42,101 nt of DNA from Octopus bimaculoides. Its lineage: Eukaryota. Location of the stretch: positions 164,794,600 through 164,836,700 of the forward strand of contig NC_068982.1 in assembly GCF_001194135.2 (NCBI RefSeq). The letters are read 5' to 3'. Shown here piece after piece: positions 1 to 12,340 of the stretch; positions within the stretch are counted from its first letter, which is position 1; every line of letters starts with the position of its first letter. The notes below the pieces were generated by a model. The model ran no database searches. It was not told where the DNA came from and was given only the letters and a program-made list of their open reading frames with translations. A program made the translations under genes and the position numbers.

Positions 1-63
1 CAGTGATTTATCGTACTCACATGTTAAACTTCCCCGGTGTTCTGTTAAACTTCCCCGGTGTTC

Positions 64-203
<140 letters not shown>

Positions 204-3200
204 GCCTTTGCACAGCTTCTAACGCTGGAGATTTTTTGAGCACCTTCTGGAGTATTCGAGCGGTTCCAAGCAGCGCTGTATTCTGCAAGTGCTCCACCAT
301 TATTGAAGTCCTATTTGTTCCTTGTACTTCTCGAGATTTTTGCTCACTGTTCCCAGAGCTCCGACAGTTATCGGTACTACTGCTACCTTTTTCATCGACC
401 ACAACTGCTTAACTTCCCAAGCTAATCTGTCATAACTCTCGATTTTTCTTCTTCCTTATCGCATACCTTGTTGTCAGCTGGGGAAGCTATGTCTATGATC
501 CAGCATAGTTTGTTTTCTTTCTCAATTAACACTATGTCTCTCTTCCTATTCTCAATCTCATGGTCAAACTGAATCATAAAATTCCATAGGATCTTTGCAT
601 ATCTATTTTCGACAATGCTTTCAGGTTTGAGGTCGTTCCAATATTTTGTTCTATCAAGTCCATACTTGTTGCAGATTGTCCAATGGACAAGCCTGGCTAT
701 ATTGTCGTGGCACCTCTTATATTCCTTCTGGGCTAGTGGCGTACATTGACTGGTAATATGCCATACGGTTTCACCATTCATTCTTTGGCTGGTAATATGC
801 TATACGGTTTCACCATGCATTCTTTTCTTTACCCGCCTATTTTCAGTTTCATTCGTTTTCAATTTCTTGTATAGTGCTTTATCTTTGCAGTCTTTCATCC
901 TACATAAACCTGACCTTCTTACTTCTAATAATAGCGATTCTGTGGCATTTTTTACATACCATGTTATGTTGTTTTCTTCTGCTCTAATGCTCTGTTCGCA
1001 CCCAATAAGTTCTCTTCCCCCTATTTTTTTTTTGTACATACAGTCTGTATGTGTCACTTTTCGGGTAGAGTGACTCATATCTAGTTAGCAACTTCCTTGT
1101 CTTTCTGTCTAAGCTATTTAGTTTGTCCACTGTCCATGCGATTACCCCTGCTCCATATTTAAGGAGTGAAACCGCCCAGGTATTGATAGCTTCGATCTTA
1201 TTCCGTCCGTTTAATTTCGACTGTACGATCAGTCTCAGTCTGCGCAAATACTCCACCTTAAATTTTTCTGCCATTTCTTTCTCCATCAATTTATCCATTT
1301 CCAAAATCCCCAAGTACTTATAGCCCGTCTCTTCTATCTGCTTCATAACCTCCCCAGACGGTATCGTTAGTCCGTCCATACATTTGATTTTGTCTCTCTT
1401 CAAGACTAACACACCACGCTTTCTCAATCCGATCTCCATTCTGATATCAGCACTGAAGGTATACACCGAATCAATGAGGGAATTGGCTTGGGCTTCCTTT
1501 TTACCATAAAGATTGAGGTCATCCATGAATAACGGGAGGTTGACTTTTTGTTGGCGGCTTTCGAATAGATACCTAGCTTTTGTTTTCCTCAGAATCAGTG
1601 TCAGTGGTATCAATCACAGTACAAAGATCAGTGGAGACAGGCAGTCCACTTGGAAGGTACTTTTCCTAGTTTCTACTGTCCCTAGACTTCTTCCGTATGC
1701 TGTCAGGTCCGTCCTCCAATTCACTATACTTTTTCCAGGCAATCGCTCGGACATTCGATGCAATCCCAAACAGGTTCATACACTCCATGATCGAAGAATG
1801 TGGGATCATATCGGGCGCCTTACGATAGTCGATCCATGACAGAGCTAAGTTACTTTTCTTCATCTTGCAGTCTCTGAGTACAGTTTTATCTATCAGGAGT
1901 TGATCCTTTGTACATCTGCACCTACGCTTGCAACCCTTCCGCTCATGCATGTAGCAGGACTCCATGTTTTTTCTAGATTTTCGTACATTGACTCTGCGAG
2001 TATACCAGTCAAAAATTTACACATAAGTGGCAAATAGGATATCTACCTGTTATTGTCTATCGTATTGCCTTTTTCGATGTTTTTCAAGTACAGCACTATC
2101 CTACCCACTGTCAACCACTCTGGTGTTGCTTGGTCGGAATTTAATAAGGTGTTGAGTTGCGCAGCTACCCGTGCATGACATTCACCAAATCTTATGTTCC
2201 AGTAGCCTTGAACTCTATCTGATCCCGGGACTTTCCAGTTGCTCATTTTTTTGCTGATTTCTTTCACTTCCCTAACTGAAATGATTAGTTCCGTCTGCTT
2301 TGGATAGACTACTGTTTGTTTCAGTTCTTGCAACCATTCAATATCCTTCTTGTGCTCCTTGTCTTTGCTCTAGATGTCACTTCAAAACCTTTGACTATCT
2401 GGTATCAACTTTTCGTCTGTAAACCTTCTATTTATTTCTTTATAGAATCTCTTCTGATCTACTCTGAATGAACTATTCTGCTGTTTCTACCTCATTCTTT
2501 GGTCTTATCTTACCATCTTTGCTTTCTTTGCAAAGAGGTGCTATTTCAGTTCCTCCATTACCACTTTCAGGCCCTTTCTTTCGATATCATACTTCCTGTT
2601 CAGTGCCATGTATTTTTGTTCGCTTTTAAACTCCCCGTTCTCTTTTCGGTCTAACACAGAAATGACTTTAGAGAGCACATCTAACCCCACCTGTATTCTT
2701 CTTTTCCACTGTGGATCTTTTCTTTAGTCACTCCCATTATATTTCTTTTCTTGATATCAAAACCCACATTTTTTGCTACAACAATACTTGTTACTTTGAT
2801 CAAATTATTTGTTTCTGTGATGTTTTTTGTTCTGGTGTATTTCAGAATTTCATTGACACTTTTCGGTTCTTGGTTCAATTTCCACCGAAGTGGAAATAAC
2901 GTTACTATCTGTCTCTTGTAGCCTTACCTTTTTTGTGTCGTAAATTTCCTTTTGCCCATCTGTCATATCAATACTAGTTTGATTGTCTTCTTCCAAACCA
3001 TCTATATGCCTCTCATCGAGCAAGCTATCACTGTTCCTTTCCTGTGGTTTATTAGAGATTTCACCTCTGTTTTCTGCTATGAGACTACTTTTATCAGTAG
3101 GAACTGTATTTTCATCCTTTCCTCTGCTGCTGTTTTCCAGTACCCGTTTTTTGACAGCTCCGATCTCTACTTCTGTGAACCAAGAATTTTTTTCTGATTG

Positions 3201-3628
3201 CTCTAGCTTGATCACATAATCTCTGCTCTGTGAGTTGAAACAATCTTCTTTCTCTCCATTGATCATATATACGTTGTCGGTATCCTCTAAGACGAACACC
3301 CATTTCGTCTACGGGGTTGCTCAGGTAGTAACACTCCATGACCACACAGCATTGACTTGTTTGTTCCATCTACGCCATGTGTGCTGGTCCCTTGCTGGAT
3401 AACAACAGGCTGGAGTCAGACCAGTATCTCTGAGCCTACCGGATGCAACACTGTCACCATCCAGGGCTTGAGTTTCATTAGCACCGTTATTCTCAATATT
3501 TTTTTTTTCATTGCCGCTCATATGAGGTAGCAATTATCAGGATGCGCAATTACCAGTGTTTTTATTGTGACACCATCACTAGACGTATCAACAATCAGAG
3601 GATAGGGAGATTCTAACCGCTTCCTTTC
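204..3628 (-). mobile_element. Near full-length R4/Dong-clade non-LTR retrotransposon (RT + restriction-like endonuclease), frameshifted
   Basis: Minus-strand ORF pieces run in the expected order: N-terminal VMECYY...RGYRQR...TEQRLCDQARAI (3112-3369); RT KDQLLIDK...WIDYRKA (1666-1965) and LFMDDL...YKYLG (984-1613); RLE HDNIARLVHW...KILWNF..DIVLI...IIDIASP.D (422-781); C-terminal VPITVGALG...LLGTARIL (250-400). Candidate ATG at 3521. TAA repeats lie on both sides (190-203 and 3629-3642). Confidence 0.9.
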
Positions 3629-3799
3629 ATTATTATTATTATCATCGCTGATATTTTTATTTTCATTTTTTTAAATATATGTCATTGTTAATATTTCCTC
3701 TGATCCGACATGGGTTTTAACTAAATTATTATTATCATAATTATTATTATCATTATTATTACTATCACTATTACTATTTCCATTTATTATTAAAAAGGT

Positions 3800-4075
3800 A
3801 TTATTAAACGTTGCTTAGTTTCAACCTTTGTCTTGTACTTAAGATAATCGTAAATATGTGAAGATTTAAGGGAGTAGTAAGAGCAAGAGAAGCAGCTTGA
3901 TGAATTGATTAAATTCCACAGGTCTGTAAATAGATTCGGCACAAGGTGAAGAGATCGGCAATGGGCATTCCTGCACGATAAGGAGACAAAAGAGGCGTCA
4001 CACCCTTGGGGTCAGCGGTTTACTACAACTAGCGATTAGTTAAAAGTGCTGACCTTAGCTTTGAAATGAACCAAT
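3800..4075 (-). pseudogene. Possible highly degraded C-terminal fragment of an L1/Tx1-like LINE ORF2
   Basis: Minus-strand pieces LFTLC / FTDLWNLIN / YLKYKTKVE resemble the HLFxxC...LW...YHLKxKxxVE end of Tx1-like ORFs. Frameshifts are needed. Confidence 0.3.
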
Positions 4076-4360
4076 TCACCTTGTTCGATTTTTAATTAAT
4101 AATAGATANNNNNNNNNNNNNNNNNNNNNNNNNNNNNNNNNNNNNNNNNNNNNNNNNNNNNNNNNNNNNNNNNNNNNNNNNNNNNNNNNNNNNNNNNNNN
4201 NNNNNNNNNNNNNNNNNNNNNNNNNNNNNNNNNNNNNNNNNNNNNNNNNNNNNNNNNNNNNNNNNNNNNNNNNNNNNNNNNNNNNNNNNNNNNNNNNNNN
4301 NNNNNNNNNNNNNNNNNNNNNNNNNNNNNNNNNNNNNNNNNNNNNNNNNNNNNNNNNNNN

Positions 4361-4799
4361 TGAATTTGCTTTATTTTTGTACAAGTTGGCTCCAAGTATC
4401 ATCCAGAGACATTAAGAGACAACAAATTAGAAGTTCATGTTGGTTTTACGCCTAGGGTGTCATATATTTGGTTTTGCACATAGTATTGTTCAAGAGAATG
4501 TTTAAGAAAACATATGGAAATTATTAGCTTCTTTTAAAATTTGAGGTTTGGTAGATGGTATTTTACGTAGGATATGGACAGTTCCCATCAGCACTACCAT
4601 TTGAATTTATGCTATTTTGGGATTTCCTGATATCTGAGCTAGGTAGGAATCAGTCCCTTTTGCTACCATTCCTAGGACACCTATGACAACAGGTATTGTT
4701 TTAGCCTTGAGCTTCCACATGTTGCCAATTTCTATTTCAAGAGCTTTATACTGGATCAGTTTTTGGTAGGACTTGACAGATACATTTATGCCGATTGGG
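4361..4799 (-). mobile_element. 5'-truncated R4/Dong-like element (RLE C-terminus + 3' UTR), second subfamily
   Basis: ORF 4607-4855 reads QKLIQYKALEIEIGNMWKLKAKTIPVVIGVLG, the RLE C-terminal motif. Begins directly after a (TAA)n run; the 3' UTR matches copies at 5802 and 12000. Confidence 0.85.
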
Positions 4800-4852
<53 letters not shown>

Positions 4853-4912
4853 CATTATTATTATTATTATTATTATTATGATTACTATTAGTGTTGTTGT
4901 TGCTGTTGTTGT

Positions 4913-5140
4913 AAGACGGTGACCCGACTCAGTCGTAGGGCGCCGGACAGAATGTTCTGCGGCAATTATTTGGCATCTTTTTAGAATCTAATCTCAAATC
5001 CGACTTGTGCAACATCACTTTTCATCCTTTCGATTTCTATAGAATAAGCACTATTTAAGTGTTGGGTGGGGGGTATAATTGACTAAAACCCACCCTCATC
5101 ACCCGCTAAACTTGCTGCAGTTGTGTCAAACTTTGAAATC
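4913..5140 (+). mobile_element. Degenerate tRNA-derived SINE (same family as 14541-14750)
   Basis: Collinear with 14541-14750 (ctttcatcctttcga...aataagcact...aaacttgctg...caaactttgaaa). Confidence 0.65.
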
Positions 5141-5282
5141 GTTGTTATGTAGTTGTTATTGTTTTTGTAGTTCTCATTGCTGTGTTTCTTTTTAGTGTTC
5201 TTTGTGATGAACAGATGACTGCAAAACAACACACCTCACACACACACACATACACACACACACAGCCGCACACACACGCACG

Positions 5283-5332
<50 letters not shown>

Positions 5333-5801
5333 NNNNNNNNNNNNNNNNNNNNNNNNNNNNNNNNNNNNNNNNNNNNNNNNNNNNNNNNNNNNNNNNNNNN
5401 NNNNNNNNNNNNNNNNNNNNNNNNNNNNNNNNNNNNNNNNNNNNNNNNNNNNNNNNNNNNNNNNNNNNNNNNNNNNNNNNNNNNNNNNNNNNNNNNNNNN
5501 NNNNNNNNNNNNNNNNNNNNNNNNNNNNNNNNNNNNNNNNNNNNNNNNNNNNNNNNNNNNNNNNNNNNNNNNNNNNNNNNNNNNNNNNNNNNNNNNNNNN
5601 NNNNNNNNNNNNNNNNNNNNNNNNNNNNNNNNNNNNNNNNNNNNNNNNNNNNNNNNNNNNNNNNNNNNNNNNNNNNNNNNNNNNNNNNNNNNNNNNNNNN
5701 NNNNNNNNNNNNNNNNNNNNNNNNNNNNNNNNNNNNNNNNNNNNNNNNNNNNNNNNNNNNNNNNNNNNNNNNNNNNNNNNNNNNNNNNNNNNNNNNNNNN
5801 N

Positions 5802-5870
5802 NGAGACAACAAGTTAGAAGTTCATGTAGGTGTTATGCCTAGGGTACCATATATTTGGATTTGTAGTTTT
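5802..5870 (-). mobile_element. Short 3' UTR fragment of the R4-like family at 4361-4799
   Basis: gagacaacaagttagaagttcatgtaggtgttatgcctagggtaccatatatttgg aligns with ~4417-4472. Cut by a gap on the left and bounded by TTA repeats on the right. Confidence 0.8.
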
Positions 5871-5871
5871 G

Positions 5872-6148
<277 letters not shown>

Positions 6149-8472
6149 TTGCGAATATGTAGAGAATTTAACCCCAAATTTTACTGAGTATTGCGTGTTT
6201 GTTTCTTTGAGACATTTATATAATTCACTGGTGCCTAGCTGTCTGTAAAGTTCTTCATTCTTGGCAAATGTTTCTTGTGAAGCAGACCTTAGTGTGTGTG
6301 TTTTGTGAAACCTGGCCGAATGCGCGTAGCACAGTTCACTGTTTGTATGAATATGTAGTTCATTGCCAACTTTTGTGTAATCACGTTATTGACAGTCTGT
6401 TGGTTAGAGACGAAACAATTATAGTTTAATGATTCGGTTTGATACATACATGTTCAGAGGAACTAGCCTATTATATACTGGCAACGCTGGCTGTATTATC
6501 AGCCATACATGTCTCCTACATTACATATATTGATTATAGTGGATAAAGCATTTGCAATCAGAATTCTTTCTCTTATATATATTATTTTTTTCTTTCTCAA
6601 TATATGTGTCACTTTCAGCTGAGCTAAGCAGAAATTGTCGCGCCCATCTTTATTTTAGTTTCTACGAAATAATTACTTATGTAACTACTTCAGAGTAATT
6701 CAAAAGAAATTCTGTTCTATAGCTTTCAGGTAACAAAACAGATTTTAGATATGTTTAATGCTGATAGCCATGAAAATTTTCAAATTATACTAAGTCCTGA
6801 CAGATGCTATTATATTCAGAAATGAATAAAAAACACAGCATTGTGTTTGAGTACAATTGCTAAGTTACACAAGAGCAAATACGCAAACATTTCGTGGGTA
6901 TTAAGCTTCAGACTTGTCATCAAAGCCCTTCAATCTTTTTACATTGCACTTTGTCATATATAAAGAAAGATGAAATTTGTGTGAATTTTAGTTTTGATTT
7001 TTGCAAATGCAATACTTTGACGTAAGATAAATTGCATGACAGGTTTACGTGACGAAATAAGGACATTTTTACAGAAATCACTCACACGTTTATAGTGAAA
7101 GAAAGATTGTTATCTGTGATCGTCGTACACATAAAGTCTTTACATGTGCTACGAGAAGCGTCCCTCGCTGAAATCTTGAAATATATCTCATGAAGCGAAG
7201 GATGGCATGCAGTAGTATATGTGCTGTTTTTAAATTGAAGAGTAGGTTAACTGGAGAAGCTCAGTCGGTATACCATACATCTGCTCTTGACTCATCCCAC
7301 ACGAGAGTGTTTAAGTACCTTGGTGATCAATTTTGCATTTGAAATTTTTGAGGTGAATAGAATAACGGACTAGTCAAGGAATATGTTTGAGTAGGACTTG
7401 GTGGTTAATCCTCATCATCATCATCGTCATCATCATCTCGTTGATCGTTTACACTTTGTTTGCAAATCCACCACACTGACGGAATTCAAGATTTTCATTC
7501 CTTTAATTATTTACGGTAATTCAGGAAAATAATGCTTGAAAACAGCAGTAGCTCTAACAATGGCGGAGATAGACTCTGTATTTTTTCTGAATTGCTACAA
7601 TCAAGAAACAAACATCTTATAAAAGCATCATAAAGATTGAAATTTGAAAAGAAGAAGTGATGGCAGCCATGGCAGCCGTGGCCGACCAAAGCGAGAAAGA
7701 CATTGTTTCTGAAGATTTTTCGAGAAAGATAGTAACAACTGTATAGATTCCAACAATGTATAGATACAAAAGCGAGGCGGAAATAGTTACGCTGTAAACA
7801 AAAGAAACAACAACTATAAAATCAGAAACGATAACAGCATAATATTAAGCACATCATCAACACCGACGACAATGGTGAAAGCAAAACAACAGCCAAGTAG
7901 CTAAACCACCACTTACAGTGGCGACGAGAAATACAAAAACAAAATCATGCAATGGAAGTTAGAAAAGATAAAAGTATTGGAAAATCAAGCGAAAAATATA
8001 AAACTATTCATTATGTCAGACAAATTTTGAACAAAACACGTTATAAAAACATCAACAAGAAAATGACCAGCAACAAGGAAAGAATAAAATAATGTGAATA
8101 TCAGTAGTAAAATCAAGAAACGTAACTCATTTTCAAGAGACAACCTATTTACAGTGACCGTATAAGTCGAAAGAAGAATTCTATATAACATGAAAGAGAA
8201 GGGAAGTGGGAGAGAGAGAGTATTTACAAAGGAGTGTGATGGGCTAACAATTGTTCCCGATTTACGCTTTTTCTCTCTTCGTCGTTTCCCATGCAATTCG
8301 TTCAAGGCAATCGTTTACTTTCCTTGATTGTGTCATAGAAGATCTATTAAACGCTTTCATGATTATTAGGTGCGTTTGTGATAGAGAAATTTGCAGTTCT
8401 TCCTATACCTGTTTCCTTCAAATTGGTAACATTTCTTTTTGGTGTTAGTCCCGGAACAATTTTGTACGCACA

Positions 8473-8513
<41 letters not shown>

Positions 8514-8518
8514 TAAGA

Positions 8519-8595
8519 AAAAGGAGTCAGTCAGAATTTTGGATGATTCTTTATCAACGCTTTCGTTCGTTTAGCCGAATTCTTCAAGACAAAAA
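8519..8595 (+). mobile_element. Half copy of the palindromic MITE at 16465-16628
   Basis: aaggagtcagtcagaattttggatgattctttatcaacgctttcgttcgtttagccgaattcttcaagac matches the left arm at 16465-16540. Confidence 0.75.
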
Positions 8596-8940
8596 TGGAA
8601 ACTAAAATGTACACGACACTACATATATACATGCTCCCCCCCCCTACATATAAATGACAACAGATGGATTGTGGTTCACAGTCAGAAGTGTTTTTTAATT
8701 GATGAGTTAACTGAGTGATACATCACGGAAAAGAAACAAAAAAAAAACGTTTTTCATTTGGTTAATACATGTAAGAATTCAACATTTTGAATATCTCACT
8801 AACAAGTACATTGTGTCATATTGGCTCCATCAACCAAAATGTGGTCAGAGAGTAAATATACTACGCTAGCATTTACTACACGGCAACTTAGTATATTTTG
8901 CATCAAAGTCTTTATATATTTTCATACATGTGTGTCATTA

Positions 8941-9143
8941 TGTCTGTTCTTGTACCCTGCCCATCGCTTGACAACCGGTGTTAGTATGTTTATTACTCTG
9001 TAACTTATCAGGTCATCTAAAGCCACCAATAGATTATGTATCAAGCTCTAAAAAAGAGTATTGGAGTCAATTCATTCAACTAAAATTCTTCAAGGTGATA
9101 GCTCAACTTCGAAGCAGTCTGATCAATGAAACAAGTAAGAGAT
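8941..9143 (+). mobile_element. 3' part of an abundant octopus-type SINE, degraded
   Basis: catcgcttgacaaccggtg...gtaactta...ggagtcaattcattcaactaaaattcttcaaggtg...gaaacaagtaagagat resembles a common octopus interspersed repeat. Recognised from memory. Confidence 0.5.
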
Positions 9144-9844
9144 GAAGCGTATAGGTAAACTGTATACAGCAAATGGATATTTACTTGGGTGAATGATTGA
9201 AAACAGATGAGAGATGGAGATTGTAAACGAAGGAAAAGAGGGAAGGACTATATCAGCCTAAAGTGGCGTTGACAACAAGTGAGAGCTAGCGGAAGTGAGT
9301 AATAGGTAAACTAACAGGTGTCAGTTATTAGTGAGTCACTGATGTTTAGATGGTGAGGAATCTACATATGTTACGAGTCTAAATGTGACGTTCTTTCTAG
9401 TCACAAACGTATAAATTCAGTCAGTCAAGGACCACGTGTATGATATTAATTAAACAGGTAACTGAGTTTATACACACACATTGACACAGAAACCAACAAA
9501 TCATATATTCGCATATAAATATACAGACAAATATGGACGTATATATATATATATNNNNNNNNNNNNNNNNNNNNNNNNNNNNNNNNNNNNNNNNNNNNNN
9601 NNNNNNNNNNNNNNNNNNNNNNNNNNNNNNNNNNNNNNNNNNNNNNNNNNNNNNNNNNNNNNNNNNNNNNNNNNNNNNNNNNNNNNNNNNNNNNNNNNNN
9701 NNNNNNNNNNNNNNNNNNNNNNNNNNNNNNNNNNNNNNNNNNNNNNNNNNNNNNNNNNNNNNNNNNNNNNNNNNNNNNNNNNNNNNNNNNNNNNNNNNNN
9801 NNNNNNNNNNNNNNNNNNATTTATATATATATATATATATATAT

Positions 9845-9881
<37 letters not shown>

Positions 9882-9999
9882 TTGGAAAATGTGTGAGATC
9901 CTTGGTACAGTTATGTATATTTGGAAGAAGAAAAAAAGAATGACGTCACTGGTAGTTCTAATCAGTTTAATTTATTTTTCTTTAAATATTTTAATAATA

Positions 10000-10520
10000 T
10001 AAATTTTAGTTCATAGATCTGGTAAGTTTTTGGTTAACTTGGGTGTGGAGATTTAAAAAATAAATTAATTTTCTTGTTAAATTCTTTAGAGAACATTCTC
10101 GCATCCGTTGTGAAACAGATCTGCGGATTTGGGGTTTTGTGATTCTATGTATGGGATTTCAGTGTGTTTGTTAATCAGTGCGAGAGTGAAAGACTGTGGA
10201 TGAATGATAGCTGAAAGAAAGTGGTGAATGGTCAACACAAGATACTTGATTGGATGGTGGGGGTGGCAGGTGGTGGGTTGTTAAAGGAGTGTTTTGTGAA
10301 GCGATTTGATTAGTTGACCTTTAATCAGAAATCTAATGACTAGATGTTTTTTCCCAAATTCTTTCTTTTAGTAATTTTGTACGTTTTAGGTGTGTGTCTG
10401 GGCTGGTGGTGTTAATGAGGTGTAAGATGCACATCTTTTGATAAAACATGTTTGTTGATAGAAGTGCTTTTTATGTATATCTTTTGGTTTGCGAGAGGAG
10501 GTGGGGAAGACCATGCTAGC
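10000..10520 (-). pseudogene. Possible degraded Penelope-like RT C-terminal/linker region
   Basis: Minus-strand pieces SSRKPKDIHK, ILHLINTTS, IPYIES resemble PLE SxHP...RIxRINTS...LPYI motifs. Many frameshifts. Confidence 0.35.
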
Positions 10521-10574
10521 TCACATATTTATTTCCCTACATATAATAAAATATGTATACAAAATATGTATACA

Positions 10575-10653
<79 letters not shown>

Positions 10654-10959
10654 GAATACATACACGCCTATATATGTACACGCATACATACATATACATC
10701 CATACATACTTAGATACATACATGCACATGCATACATACATACATATATGTGTGTGAGTGTGAGTGTGTGCGTGTGTGGTGTGTGTGTGTGTGTGTGTAT
10801 TAATGCTACCATTGGTTTCATGTCAAAGAAAAATGTATTAGTATCTTTACAATTTTCCAAGCTGATCACATGGAGGAGGGGTGTTCGTCTCCATTTTGGA
10901 TGAAAACACAAAAACGTCTCGGGATTTTACAAAAAGACTCGTAAAGTAAACAAAAACTC

Positions 10960-11560
10960 AAGAAGTGCTACTTTTGGATGACAACTATTCTGTTATTATC
11001 TCCGTTTGACTTTCGGAATAAAACCGTGTTAGACGGGGAATTTGTTTGTGTTATATTATATTCTGCGTGTATGTGGTGTTCGTATGTTTGTATGCAGAAG
11101 GAGTTCATCGGGTGTAGAAAGCGCATGTTTGTTCTAAATATAGTGTTCGTGTGTTGTATATATTTATTTTTGACGTTCAGAGGTGGGGAACTATCCTCAT
11201 TTGGCTTGTGGTGTGAGTGGTGCTTCCCTTTTGAAGTAGGTGAGAGAGAAATATTGCTTCTGTATGGAGGGAGAGAAGGTTTCATCCCTAATATTTAAGA
11301 TGTTACTTGTTCACCCTATGATATTTAGCTTTTCAGTGTTACAGAGTTCACGTTTCGTACCCCATTTTTTTTTATGGCTTTAACAATGATACTCCACGTT
11401 TCGGGAGGTTTCTTACCCCACTTTCTTTCGATATCCATAGCATGTTGCGGAAGAATGTTCCATGTCTTATTTTTGCTTTGAATGACGCCAAGTGTTGTGT
11501 ATCCCTTTCCTTGAACGAGTTGCTCGTCATTCCGTTATACGTCTTCGTTACACAGATGGG
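10960..11560 (-). mobile_element. Penelope-like element 3' part (GIY-YIG endonuclease + 3' region)
   Basis: KTYNGMTSNSFKERDTQHLASFK (ORF 11372-11602), then TWSIIVKA and, after a frameshift, ELCNTEKLNII..NILNIRDE. This matches the PLE YIGxT..FKxR..H / CxLCxxEK...LLNxRxE pattern. The left boundary is approximate. Confidence 0.75.
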
Positions 11561-11564
11561 TGTA

Positions 11565-11945
11565 ACATTGTCTCCAGCCATCCACCAGCAACCATTAAAC
11601 AATTAGTTACTAACATTAGCAGGTGCATCTCCAATCTATCAGCTGATAAAGACACTTTTGAAAAGGCCACCTCATACTATAATGCTGCATTAGAACGAAT
11701 AGCATAAACTTCAAGAATAACATAAACAACATTGAACTAAATACAGGTAGACAAAGTACATGCAGAAAAATCTTATGGTTTAACCCAACTTATAATATGA
11801 ATGTAGCTACTAACAGCTAGAAAATTCTTAAAATTAATAGACCATCACTTTGCACATTTACCACACAATCTCCAACAGAAACATTGTCAAATTTTGCTAT
11901 GGTTGCCACTCCAATATAATTTCGATAATAATCAACTACAATAAG
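11565..11945 (+). mobile_element. Penelope-like RT C-terminus/linker fragment, opposite orientation to the adjacent GIY-YIG piece
   Basis: SSHPPATIKQLVTNISRCISNLSADKDTFEKATSYYNAAL, then RKILWFNPTYNMNVATN, RKFLKLIDHHF, NRNIVKFCYGC. This is the typical PLE HPP...WFNPPY...NRNTVKxSYSC block. Confidence 0.85.
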
Positions 11946-11997
11946 AATAATAATGTCTATGTAATCTCAATAACAGTAATAACAATAATAATGATAA

Positions 11998-12299
<302 letters not shown>

Positions 12300-12340
12300 T
12301 TTTTAAAAGGATTGACGTAACTTTTCACAAAGGTAAACAG

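Noticed and set aside
7660-7746. Short ORF MAAMAAVADQSEKDIVSEDFSRKIVTTV
   Set aside because: Only 28 codons, no recognised motif and no convincing splice donor.
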